This document shows, piece by piece, positions 23,737 through 36,352 of a stretch of 64,000 bases of DNA (the first letter of the stretch is position 1; each line of letters opens with the position of its first letter). The position numbers were made by a program, and so were the translations under genes. The notes beneath the pieces were generated by a model. It was not told where the DNA came from and did no database searches. It worked only from the letters and a program-made list of their open reading frames with translations. The stretch spans positions 35,092,001 to 35,156,000 of the forward strand of contig OZ024757.1 in NCBI GenBank assembly GCA_964016885.1. Reading direction: 5' to 3'. Origin of the DNA: Eledone cirrhosa. Taxonomy: Eukaryota.

Positions 23737-25210
23737 ACATACATAAACAAGACTGTTATTGCTCCAACCAGTCTATTTACCTTTGATAACTATCCTAAAT
23801 ATAAATACACCTATAACATACATACATATATCATATATGTTTTTGATGCCGTGGTATAGCAGAGATAAGCAAGAAGAGAAAAGAAAATGAAAATGAGAAA
23901 AAAAAAGAAGTAAGAAGTCGGGGGAGGGACAGACACTTCACCCCAGTCTAAGTGGTCCCTCAGCCGCAACCTGTGGAAGAAACGTAAAAGCGTTACCTCA
24001 GAGCAAGGCCAGAGACACCTGCTACAATAGTCGCCCCTCCTCATGAGGCTCCTGTCGTCTTTCCTCCCGACTTTATGGAGGAAATCAGCAGTACAGGGAC
24101 CAAGTATGGCAGAGGTCTCAATGGAGTGGAAGAGGTGAGTTAGGCCTTGGTACTATCTTACTATCCTCTGCATTGCGGGGTGTGGAGCCTAGGTTTGTAG
24201 CTGTAGCTATATTTGAACTTTTATATGAAATTTCAGTTTTATATTTTTCACATCTTAAAACTGAATCTTAGTCTTTTGCAGCTCATCTTGTTTCATCTCG
24301 CAGCACACGATTTGGGAACCACTGCTCTAGAGATAGAAAAAGTATATTTTATGCAGGGCTTCCCTGAGACATAAAAACTATTTCAAGAGATCGACATGGG
24401 TAGAAAGGTTGAGAAATGCTGCACAATGTTCTTTGGTTTTTGTTCACCTTTAAATAATCATGTATAAAATATCGGGTGTGCAAGATTTCATGAAAAGGTA
24501 TAACATTATTTATGCTGATCTTGCAGGGACTAGCTCCAATTGAGAGTTGTACCAATTCCCACTAAACTCGAAACTCCTGGACAATATATACATATCTTTA
24601 TAAGTTCCTGTGTATTGTGTCGCTGTATAATGAAACATAAATATATACCATGCATGTCAGTCAGATTTGAACTCACTATATTTGGTGTTTTATAAATATA
24701 ATTTGTTTGTTAAAACAATTGATTAAATAATAACTAAATAAAATTAATTCTACAATCCTGGATAGGGAATGAACTTATAACTGCATAATAGAAGCCATCT
24801 ATTCGAGCAGTATTGCCATCTAAGCCACCAGGTTACTTACAGAACTTCATTCAAATATAAAATATAAAATATATGCCAGACATAGTGAGTTGGAATCTGA
24901 CTGATTAGTTGGTCATTGTCCCAGCCAACAGTTTAAATCGCCAACCAGTAGGTGACATCGACTAGGTTGGGAAAACTTGGTTAAGTAGCTCCAGTTATTG
25001 CTACGTTAGACATATTCAAGACTTATCGACACTGAATGGAAGAAAAGTAAAGTTGAACTCAGAGTAAAGAACTGGAAAAATACTGCAAAGAATTCTATCT
25101 GATGTTCTAACAATTCTACCAAGTTACCTTATGTATATATATTTATATCTAGAGATAAGAAGAAAACTGAAAGAAAGAAAAGAAAAAAAATGAGACCTTA
25201 TATGTAACCC

Positions 25211-26100
25211 ATGTTACAACTCAATATATATATATTTGGGTTGTAACATATTCCCGCCGGTGAAATAAAAATTTTAATAGAAAAACGGCGGGAATATATG
25301 TTACAACCCAATCTATATATATTTGAGTTGTAACATATATTCCCGCCGTTGAAATAAAAATTTTAATAGAAAAACGGCGGGAATATATGTTACAATCCAA
25401 TCTACATATATTTGGGTTGTAACATATATTCCCGCCGTTGAAATAAAAATTTTAATAGAAAAACGTCGGGAATATATGTTACAACGCAATCTATATATAT
25501 TTGGGTTGTAACATATATTCCCGCCGTTGAAATAAAATTTTAATAGAAAAACGGCGGGAATATATGTTACAACCCAACCTATATATGTTTGGGTTGTAAT
25601 ATATATTCCCGCCGTTTTTCTGTTAAAATTTTTATTTCAACGGCGGGAATATATGTTACAACCCAAATATATGTAGATTGGGTTGTAACATATATTCCCG
25701 CCGTTTTTCTATTAAAATTTTTATTTCGACGGCGGGAATATATGTTACAACCCAAATATATATAGATAGGGTTGTAACATATATTCCCGCCGTTTTTCTA
25801 TTAAAATTTTTATTTCAACGGCGGGAATATATGTTACAACCCAAATATATGTAGATTGGGTTGCAACATATATTCCCGCCGTTTTTCTATTAAAATGTTT
25901 ATTTCAACGGTGAGAATATATGTTACAACCCAAATATATATAGATTGGGCTGTAACATATATTCCCGCCGTTTTTCTATTAAAATTTTTATTTCAACGGT
26001 GGGAATATATGTTACAACCCAAATATATATAGATTGGGTTGTAACATATATTCCCGCCGTTTTTCTATTAAAATTTTTATTTCAACGGCGGGAATATATA
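25211..26100. repeat. Array of 89-bp doubly palindromic units (mini-MITE-like), 4 in orientation A then 6 in orientation B
   Basis: Unit = TTGGGTTGTAACATATATTCCCGCCGTT (28) + TTTCTATTAAAATTTTTATTTC (22) + AACGGCGGGAATATATGTTACAACCCAA (28) + ATATATATAGA (11). Confidence 0.95.
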
Positions 26101-26476
26101 CCCTGAGAGACTGAGAAATCTCTTTCAAAGAGATTTCTCAGTCTCTCAGGGTATATTTGCAATGGTGGCAACACTACCTTTCCTTTATTACAACAGTTAC
26201 AATTTTCATTTCTAAATTTCAAAGCTCCACAGTGATCACACGAAACATTCATATCACTAATATGAAATTCTTCTACATTTCCATTAATATTAATTGTTGG
26301 CCAATTTCTCTTACGACGCTCATTATCCATTCTTCTCTGTCTGAATGTTTTCCATTCTAAGTCTATTTGCATGGAATAATTATATTCTGTTGTTTATTAT
26401 GTAATTAAATAGCTCTGTACAATACATAGAGCATTCTTCTTTTCTTTACCTTTTCTATGGAAATACAAGAACAAAC

Positions 26477-26508
<32 letters not shown>

Positions 26509-27981
26509 ACATACATAAACAAGACTGTTATTGCTCCAACCAGTCTATTTACCTTTGATAACTATCCTAAATATAAATACACCTATACCATACATACATA
26601 TATCATATATGTTTTTGATGCCGTGGTATAGCAGAGATAAGCAAGAAGAGAAAAGAAAATGAAAATGAGAAAAAAAAAGAAGTAAGAAGTCGGCGGAGGG
26701 ACAGACACTTCACCCCAGTCTAAGTGGTCCCTCAGCCGCAACCTGTGGAAGAAACGTAAAAGCGTTACCTCAGAGCAAGGCCAGAGACACCTGCTACAAT
26801 AGTCGCCCCTCCTCATGAGGCTCCTGTCGTCTTTCCTCCCGACTTTATGGAGGAAATCAGCAGTACAGGGACCAAGTATGGCAGAGGTCTCAATGGAGTG
26901 GAAGAGGTGAGTCAGGCCTTGGTACTATCTTACTCTCCTCTGCATTGCGGGGTGTGGAGCCTAGGTTTGTGGCTGTAGCTATATTTGAACTTTTATATGA
27001 AATTTCAGTTTTATATTTTTCACATCATAAACTTAATCTTAGTCTTTTGCAGCTCATCTTGTTTCATCTCGCAGCACACGATTCGGGAACCACTGCTCTA
27101 GAGATAGAAAAAGTATATTTTATGCAGGGCTTCCCTGAGACATAAAAACTATTTCAAGAGATCGACATGGGTAGAAAGGTTGAGAAATGCTGCACAATGT
27201 TCTTTGGTTTTTGTTCACCTTTAAATAATCATGTATAAAATATCGGGTGTGCAAGATTTCATGAAAAGGTATAACATTATTTATGCTGATCTTGCAGGGA
27301 CTAGCTCCAATTGAGAGTTGTACCAATTCCCACTAAACTCGAAACTCCTGGACAATATATACATATCTTTATAAGTTCCTGTGTATTGTGTCGCTGCATA
27401 ATGAAACATAAATATATACCATGCATGTCAGTCAGATTTCAACTCACTATATTTGGCGTTTTATAGATATAATTTGTTTGTTAAAACAATTGATTAAATA
27501 ATAACTAAATAAAATTAATTCTACAATCCTGGATAGGGAATGAACTTATAACTGCATAATAGAAGCCATCTATTCGAGCAGTATTGCCATCTAAGCCACC
27601 AGATTACTTACAGAACTTCATTCAAATATAAAATATAAAATATATGCCAGACATAGTGAGTTGGAATCTGACTGATTAGTTGGTCATTGTCCCAGCCAAC
27701 AGTTTAAATCGCCAACCAGTAGGTGACATCGACTAGGTTGGGAAAACTTGGTTAAGTAGCTCCAGTTATTGCTACGTTAGACATATTCAAGACTTATCGA
27801 CACTGAATGGAAGAAAAGTAAAGTTGAACTCAGAGTAAAGAACTGGAAAAATACTGCAAAGAATTCTATCTGATGTTCTAACAATTCTACCAAGTTACCT
27901 TATGTATATATATTTATATCTAGAGATAAGAAGAAAACTGAAAGAAAGAAAAGAAAAAAAATGAGACCTTATATGTAACCC

Positions 27982-28782
27982 ATGTTACAACTCAATATAT
28001 ATATATTTGGGTTGTAACATATTCCCGCCGGTGAAATAAAAATTTTAATAGAAAAACGGCGGGAATATATGTTACAACCCAATCTATATATATTTGAGTT
28101 GTAACATATATTCCCGCCGTTGAAATAAAAATTTTAATAGAAAAACGGCGGGAATATATGTTACAATCCAATCTACATATATTTGGGTTGTAACATATAT
28201 TCCCGCCGTTGAAATAAAAATTTTAATAGAAAAACGTCGGGAATATATGTTACAACGCAATCTATATATATTTGGGTTGTAACATATATTCCCGCTGTTG
28301 AAATAAAATTTTAATAGAAAAACGGCGGGAATATATGTTACAACCCAACCTATATATGTTTGGGTTGTAATATATATTCCCGCCGTTTTTCTGTTAAAAT
28401 TTTTATTTCAACGGCGGGAATATATGTTACAACCCAAATATATGTAGATAGGGTTGTAACATATATTCCCGCCGTTTTTCTATTAAAATTTTTATTTCAA
28501 CGGCGGGAATATATGTTACAACCCAAATATATGTAGATTGGGTTGCAACATATATTCCCGCCGTTTTTCTATTAAAATGTTTATTTCAACGGTGAGAATA
28601 TATGTTACAACCCAAATATATATAGATTGGGCTGTAACATATATTCCCGCCGTTTTTCTATTAAAATTTTTATTTCAACGGCGGGAATATATGTTACAAC
28701 CCAAATATATATAGATTGGGTTGTAACATATATTCCCGCCGTTTTTCTATTAAAATTTTTATTTCAACGGCGGGAATATATA
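27982..28782. repeat. 89-bp palindromic-unit array (4 A + 5 B)
   Basis: Same unit and same junction sequences as 25211-26100. Confidence 0.95.
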
Positions 28783-30954
28783 CCCTGAGAGACTGAGAAA
28801 TCTCTTTCAAAGAGATTTCTCAGTCTCTCAGGGTATATTTGCAATGGTGGCAACACTACCTTTCCTTTATTACAACAGTTACAATTTTCATTTCTAAATT
28901 TCAAAGCTCCACAGTGATCACACGAAACATTCATATCACTAATATGAAATTCTTCTACATTTCCATTAATATTAATTGTTGGCCAATTTCTCTTACGACG
29001 CTCATTATCCATTCTTCTCTGTCTGAATGTTTTCCATTCTAAGTCTATTTGCATGGAATAATTAGATTCTGTTGTTTATTATGTAATTAAATAGCTCTGT
29101 ACAATACATAGAGCATTCTTCTTTTCTTTACCATTTCTATGGAAATACAAGAACAAACATATATATATATATATATGTGTGTATATACATAAACAAAACT
29201 GTTATTGCTCCAACCAGTCTATTTACCTTTGATAACTATCCTAAATATAAATACACCTATACCATACATACACATATCATATATGTTTTTGATGCCGTGG
29301 TATAGCAGAGATAAGCAAGAAGAGAAAAGAAAATGAAAATGAGAAAAAAAAAGAAGTAAGAAGTCGGGGGGAGGGACAGACACTTCACCCCAGTCTAAGT
29401 GGTCCCTCAGCCGCAACCTGTGGAAGAAACGTAAAAGCGTTACCTCGGAGCAAGGCCAGAGACACCTGCTACAATAGTCGCCCCTCCTCATGAGGCTCCT
29501 GTCGTCTTTCCTCCCGACTTTATGGAGGAAATCAACAGTACAGGGACCAAGTATGGCAGAGGTCTCAATGGAGTGGAAGAGGCGAGTCAGGCCTTGGTAC
29601 TATCTTACTATCTTTGGTTTTTGTTCACCTTTAAATAATCATGTATAAAATATCGGGTGTGCAAGATTTCATGAAAAGGTATAACATTATTTATGCTGAT
29701 CTTGCAGGGACTAGCTCCAATTGAGAGTTGTACCAATTCCCACTAAACTCGAAACTCCTGGACAATATATACATATCTTTATAAGTTCCTGTGTATTGTG
29801 TCGTTGTATAATGAAACATAAATATATACCATGCATGTCAGTCAGATTTGAACTCACTATATTTGGCGTTTTATAGATATAATTTGTTTGTTAAAACAAT
29901 TGATTAAATAATAACTAAATAAAATTAATTCTACAATCCTGGATAGGGAATGAACTTATAACTTCATAATAGAAGCCATCTATTCGAGCAGTATTGCCAT
30001 CTAAGCCACCAGGTTACTTACAGAACTTCATTCAAATATAAAATATAAAATATATGCCAGACATAGTGAGTTGGAATCTGACTGATTAGTTGGTCATTGT
30101 CCCAGCCAACAGTTTAAATCGCCAACCAGTAGGTGACATCGACTAGGTTGGGAAAACTTGGTTAAGTAGCTCCAGTTATTGCTACGTTAGACATATTCAA
30201 GACTTATCGACACCGAATGGAAGAAAGGTAAAGTTGAACTCAGAGTAAAGAACTGGAAAAATACTGCAAAGAATTCTATCTGATGTTCTAACAATTCTAC
30301 CAAATTACCTTATGTATATATATTTATATCTAGAGATAAGAAGAAAACTGAAAGAAAGAAAAAAAAAAAATGAGACCTTATATGTAACCCATGACCAGGA
30401 TTGAAACCGAAACCAGGACTACTACCATCTCTGGTATCACCCACCAGACCACCATGAAAGATACAAAAATCTGCATTTTTAATATTTATAAGCCTACTTT
30501 CAATATTAAAGTAATTAACATATGGTGTTGTTCATGCCTTTCTCTATGTTATTGGTAAAAAATAAAGTATTTAAACCTCAAATTTTGTTATTCAAATATG
30601 CTTGCTTATGTAATTATAAATGTCGCAGAGTACACACACATATATAGATGTGAAAATATTCAGGACCCCAACGGCTGTGCTACTGCCGTTTCGACATCTA
30701 TATATATATCTTTTAGTCCTAGGCTCTTTCAGCGCAGAAAGAATTCTCCAATGATCACAACCAGCTAATGGTGCCCAGTGGAAGCACTTTAGTCTAATTA
30801 TAACCCCAACGATCACGATTAGCGGCGGCTTTTTCGAGTCTGAGGTTGACTGCCAGATATCTATATATATCTATATATATATATATATTTTTATACTTTG
30901 CTAGAATCCCGGAGAACAACAGAAAGATGCTGAGTTCAGAGTTTAAAAAACATG

Positions 30955-31652
30955 TCCCCTTTAATATAAAAACAATCCGAGTCTTGTAAAAGTGTTATTA
31001 CTGTAATATAAAGTAGAAACCCTTTATTTAAACAAAGCTGCGATGCAGCGATCATCAAAGCAAACCCCAAAATGTAAACACACTTCTCGCAGGTGCTGCC
31101 GGATACACGATAACATGTGTATACGAAGTGTAACAGGGAGTTGGGTCGTATTATATGACTTTCAAATTGACCCCTATTATATTCAAATTATCCCCTGTGG
31201 GGCGTGCACCCCACGTTGAGAATCCCTCATAAATAAATATATGTGAGTGTGTTGCTATGACTGCTATTTCTAGCAGGTTTACTGCAGTCCTGTAGACGCA
31301 CAACAAAAACCGGAAGTGGCAGCCATTAAAAAACTTTGGCTTAAAATCAGCCAAAAGATTTTCAATAATAGTAAAATTTTATTTTTGACAAGGACGATAA
31401 CTTTTGTCTTACTTAATCGCAAAAATCGAGGCAAAAATTTTGAGGGTGTGCAGTTTACACGCTAAAAATAAACCTGCTAGAAATAGCAGTCATAGCAACT
31501 CACTTACATATATTTATATATCATATATATATATATATGATATATATATGGACACTTTAGAAATAGCAGCGAATAACAGAAAGGACACACACACACACAC
31601 ATATATATATATACACACACACACATATATATATATGCCCCAGCACACACAC

Positions 31653-31683
<31 letters not shown>

Positions 31684-32697
31684 TATATATATATGCCCCA
31701 GCATACACACACACACATATATATACATATATATATATATGCCCCAGCATGGTCTTGGACGATCGTCTAACTAAGGCCAATAATAAAATACTTCAAAATA
31801 AATTAAACACCCCTAAATCCGGGGTTAGAACTTGGATTACTTAAAAGTCAGTAAAGCTGTAAAGATTCTATATTGTAAATAGGTGGTCGCATGTTCGAAT
31901 CCGGGCAAATCCCGAGAAAAATAACGAAAAGAAGGACAATGTAAAAATAGCAGCCATAGACGAGGGGAGGACACACACACAAACACACACACATATACAC
32001 ACACATGTGTATATATATATATGTGTGTCTGTGTATGTGTTTGGCTGCTATATATATATATAGCGGTCAACACACACACACGTACATATATAAGTGTGTG
32101 TGTTTGGCTGATATATATATATATATATATATGATATATAAATATATGTGAGTTGCTATGACTGCTATTTCTAGCAGGTTTATTTTAGCGTGTAAACTGC
32201 ACACCCGCAAAATTTTTGCCTCGATTTTTGCGATTAAGTAAGACAAAAGTTATCGTCCTTGTCAAAAATAAAATTTTACTATTATTGAAAATCTTTTGGC
32301 TGATTTTAAGCCAAAGTTTTTTAATGGCTGCCACTTCCGGTTTTTGTTGTGCGTCTACAGGACAGCCAGAAACCTACTAGAAATAGCAGTCATAACAACA
32401 CACTTATGTATATTTATATATCAGGGATTCTCAACGAAGGGTACACGCCCCACAGGGGGCAATTTGAATTTAATAGGGGCCAATTAGAAAGTGATATAAT
32501 ACGACCAAACTTCCAGTTACACTTTGTTCACATGTTATCGTGAATCTGGCAGCAGCTACGAGAAGTTTGTTTATACTTTGAAGTTTGTTTTGATCATCGC
32601 GGCATCGTAGCTTTGTTTAATTAAAGCATTTCTACTTTATATTACAGTAGTAACACTTTTACAAGACTCGGTTTATTTCTATATTAAAGGGGAACAT
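30955..32697. repeat. Long inverted repeat, variant 2 (arms ~30955-31535 and ~32120-32697)
   Basis: ADFKPKFFNG.. occurs on - (31151..31354) and + (32296..32487). The inner arm ends AAACCTGCTAGAAATAGCAGTCATAGCAACTCAC and GTGAGTTGCTATGACTGCTATTTCTAGCAGGTTT are reverse complements. Confidence 0.9.
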
Positions 32698-32755
32698 AAA
32701 CCTAATTTTTAAACGTTGAGGTGGGGCATGGAGCATAAAAGGTTTGGAACTACTG
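32422..32755 (+). mobile_element. Non-autonomous hAT/Charlie-like MITE (~335 bp), most complete copy
   Basis: Starts CAGGGATTCTCAACG and ends AAAAGGTTTGGAACTACTG (reverse complement CAGTAGTTCCAAAC). These imperfect TIRs are of the CAG(T/G)GGTTC(T/C)CAA type. No clear 8-bp TSD. Confidence 0.6.
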
Positions 32756-32784
32756 AAGACAACGAATCATCGTTTTTATTATGT

Positions 32785-33267
32785 AAACAAACTTCTCGCA
32801 GGTGCTGCCAGATACACGATAACATGTCTATACGAAGTGTAACAGGGAGTTGGGTCGTATTATATGACTTTCAAATTGACCCCTATTATATTCAAATTAT
32901 CCCCTGTGGGGCGTGCACCCCACGTTGAGAATCCCTCATAAATAAATATATGTGAGTGTGTTGCTATGACTGCTATTTCTAGCAGGTTTACTGCAGTCCT
33001 GTAGACGCACAACAAAAACCGGAAGTGGCAGCCATTAAAAAACTTTGGCTTAAAATCAGGCAAAAGTTTTTTTAACAATTTGCCAAGAAAGATAACTCTT
33101 GTCTTACTTAATCGCAAAAATCGAGGCAAAAATTTTGCGGGTGTGCAGTTTGTTTGGTGTATTTGACTGCTATTTCTAGCATATATGGACACTTTAGAAA
33201 TAGCAGCGAAACACGGGAAACATAAGAAAGAAGGTCACACACGTATATATATATATATAATTATGTA

Positions 33268-33307
<40 letters not shown>

Positions 33308-33820
33308 TACATATATATATATGCACAGATATATACATTTAAATATATATATTTATATATATATACACGCGCGCACACACACCTATACGTAGATATGGGT
33401 GTGTGTATAGCTGGTATATATATGTATGGGTGAGTGTATAGCTGGTATATATATATATATATATAGGTGTGTGTCCTTCTTTCTGCTGTTTTCCGTTTTT
33501 CGCTACTATTTCTAAAGTGTCCATACATGCTAGAAATAGCAGTCAAATACACCAAACAAACTGCACACCCGCAAAATTTTTGCCTCGATTTTTGCGATTA
33601 AGTAAGACAAGAGTTATCTTTCTTGGCAAATTGTTAAAAAACTTTTGCCTGATTTTAAGCCAAAGTTTTTTAATGGCTGCCACTTCCGGTTTTTGTTGTG
33701 CGTCTACAGGACTGCAGTAAACCTGCTAGAAATAGCAGTCATAGAAACACACTCACATATATTTATTTATGAGGGATTCTCAACGTGGGGTGCACGCCCC
33801 ACAGGGGATAATTTGAATAT
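32785..33820. repeat. Long inverted repeat, variant 1 (arms ~32785-33240 and ~33468-33820), right arm truncated by a deletion
   Basis: ORFs 32860..33192 (-) and 33469..33720/33645..33911 (+) share the same strings. At ~33820 the sequence jumps to the homologue of ~16590. Confidence 0.88.
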
Positions 33821-35036
33821 CCCCCTCTTTATATCAATTAGCACTAACTCTCTCCCTCTCTATATCTACTACACGGCACTCTCTTCCAATACCCCTCTCT
33901 ATATGAAGTAACACCAAACTCTCCCCCTCTCTATATATTAAGCACTAAGTCAGGAATTTTTTTCTTCTTTCGTGCAGAGAGAGTAAAGTTGATTAAATCT
34001 ACTGCAGTGAATTACTGGTATTTTATTTAATAAAAATTAAAATTTACTATTTGTCTTCGTTTAATTTTCGTTTTTCTTTACATAGTTTCGTTTCGTTAAA
34101 TGTCTCCAGAATTTGTTTTTACTTTTACCGGATATTGAAGGTGTAAACTTGGTGTTGTCTAGAAACGTGTTAGAAATATTTTTCTTTTAATTGTGAAGAA
34201 TTTAACCGCAAAGTAAGTTTTTTTTACTGTTTATTTGTGGCTGGGACAACGTATGGTATGTGTTAATGTAAATGGTGAAGGTTTAAAGATTCTTTTTACA
34301 ACTGAAAATCAGTTTGTTGTTGCTGCTAATTACTTAACGCATGGAATAGATTTAAAAAATACACGATTGTTTCTCGGAAGAGAGGAAGAAAAAACAAATC
34401 ACAGAAGCGGGTAGCACACACATTTGGGACCACATACAACACAAAAACAGGTAATCCACACATCTGGGACCACATACAACACACCAGCAGGTAATACATA
34501 CATCTAGGACCACATAAGCAGGTAATACACACATCTAGGACCACATACAACACACAAGCAGGTAATACACACATCTAGGACGACATACAACCAAAGGCAG
34601 GCGAAAGGGGTGGACAAACGAGCTGCTACTAGATCAAAAGATAACAGTATCGCGAGGAGCACTGGGAAACCTCTCTAATGATTTTTTAGGCAAGCCAGCA
34701 CGTCTGCAGCGTTACCTCGGGCGATGGCGAGGCTGAGGAGCTGGAACAACCAAGTGCCCTCACGAGCTTCACCAGTCACCTTCGTCAGGCTAGCCGCCAG
34801 TGAAGATAGGAATCTCGCAGTCAGTATCCTGACTCCCCCAAACGCCACAGGCTGGAAAATGTAGTTGGCCGACAGATCACATTATTACTTAACAGTGATA
34901 GATATTCTGTCTAAAGGAGGGGCGTACAACAGGCGGCCCGCGGGCCACAATCGAGCCCACCTGACCAGTCAGAGTGGCCCGCAATGACTCTTGTAGGCTT
35001 ATTTAGAATTTTTTCCATACCCGTAATACTTCTGTT

Positions 35037-35788
35037 AGTTGACCTATACTAAAGGACTCACTGATAGGGTTATATGTGTTATAGTTTCCCAGTTGACCTA
35101 TACTAAAGGACTTCACTGATAGGGTTATATGTGTTATAGTTTCCCAGTTGACCTATACTAAAGGACTTCACTGATAGGGTTATATGTGTTATAGTTTCCC
35201 AGTTGACCTATACTAAAGAGCTTCACTGATAGAGTTATATGTGTTATAGTTTCCCAGAGGGCTTCACTGATAGGGTTATATGTGTTATAGTTTCCCAGTT
35301 GACCTATACTAAAGGACTTCACTGATAGGGTTATATGTGTTATAGTTTCCCAGTTGACCTATACTAAAGGACTTCACTGATAGGGTTATATGTGTTATAG
35401 TTTCCCAGTTGACCTATACTAAAGGACTTCACTGATAGGGTTATATGTGTTATAGTTTCCCAGTTGACCTATACTAAAGGACTTCACTGATAGGGTTATA
35501 TGTGTTATAGTTTCCCAGTTGACCTATACTAAAGGACTTCACTGATAGGGTTATATGTGTTATAGTTTCCCAGTTGACCTATACTAAAGGACTTCACTGA
35601 TAGGGTTATATGTGTTATAGTTTCCCAGTTGACCTATACTAAAGGACTTCACTGATAGGGTTATATGTGTTATAGTTTCCCAGTTGACCTATACTAAAGG
35701 ACTTCACTGATAGGGTTATATGTGTTATAGTTTCCCAGTTGACCTATACTAAAGGGCTTCACTGATAGAGTTATATGTGTTATAGTTT
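35037..35788. repeat. 55-bp minisatellite, ~14 units
   Basis: Same unit as 17781. Four units, one partial unit (35256-35296), then nine units. Confidence 0.97.
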
Positions 35789-36352
35789 GAAACAAACTAC
35801 CCGCATCAGTTATTATACTTTTATAACACCGCTATATTACCTACATGAAAGAGGTAAATATTTATTTCTCTTGTCTTCTTAAATGTATAGAACATTTTTC
35901 TTATATATATTCTTAACATAGCTAGGACCGTTTATTATTTACTAGTCTCTACTCCTAGGACTTTGCTGGTCTCATGTCCCCTCCATCAACACACACTCGG
36001 TAGAAAGCTGGTCGTCGGAGGTAAAGTGGCCCTGATTACAGGTCTAGTATTGAAGCCTTTCGGCTTGAGCCTTGCTGATGCCGACAGAGTTCCTGTGGTA
36101 GTTTTGGTAGCACAGGTGTCATTTTATTGTGTTTAGGTACCGGCTAGTGCGGACACAGAGAGCACAACCAGGTGGTGAGCTGGCAACGACCAAGTGTAGA
36201 GGGCCAGCTTTGAAATTCGAGCGACGGAGTGAACTAGTAAAAGAGGCAGGGTAAGCAGCATTGGTTCTAACGGTGGGACTAGAACGGAGGTTGGGTGGTG
36301 CTGGGGGTGGGCTAACAGTTGTAGGAGTGGTGGGGGTTGGTAGGATTAATTT

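Larger units (their letters stand above)
23346..30393 (+). repeat. Tandem ~2.7-kb sub-units (3 copies of Helitron N-terminal fragment + CRE fragment 1 + AT-rich DNA) joined by 89-bp palindromic arrays
   Basis: Homologous ORFs recur at 23811/26583 and 26082/28764 (offsets 2772 and 2682). The third copy has a ~270-bp deletion at ~29610. Confidence 0.95.

Noticed and set aside
25211-26100. 89-bp array as CRISPR or as an integron attC-like cassette array
   Set aside because: The intervening segments are two constant loops rather than unique spacers or cassettes, and no associated enzyme gene is present.
31845-31915. tRNA gene (B-box GTTCGAATCC)
   Set aside because: No cloverleaf or clear A-box. 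At most a SINE relic.
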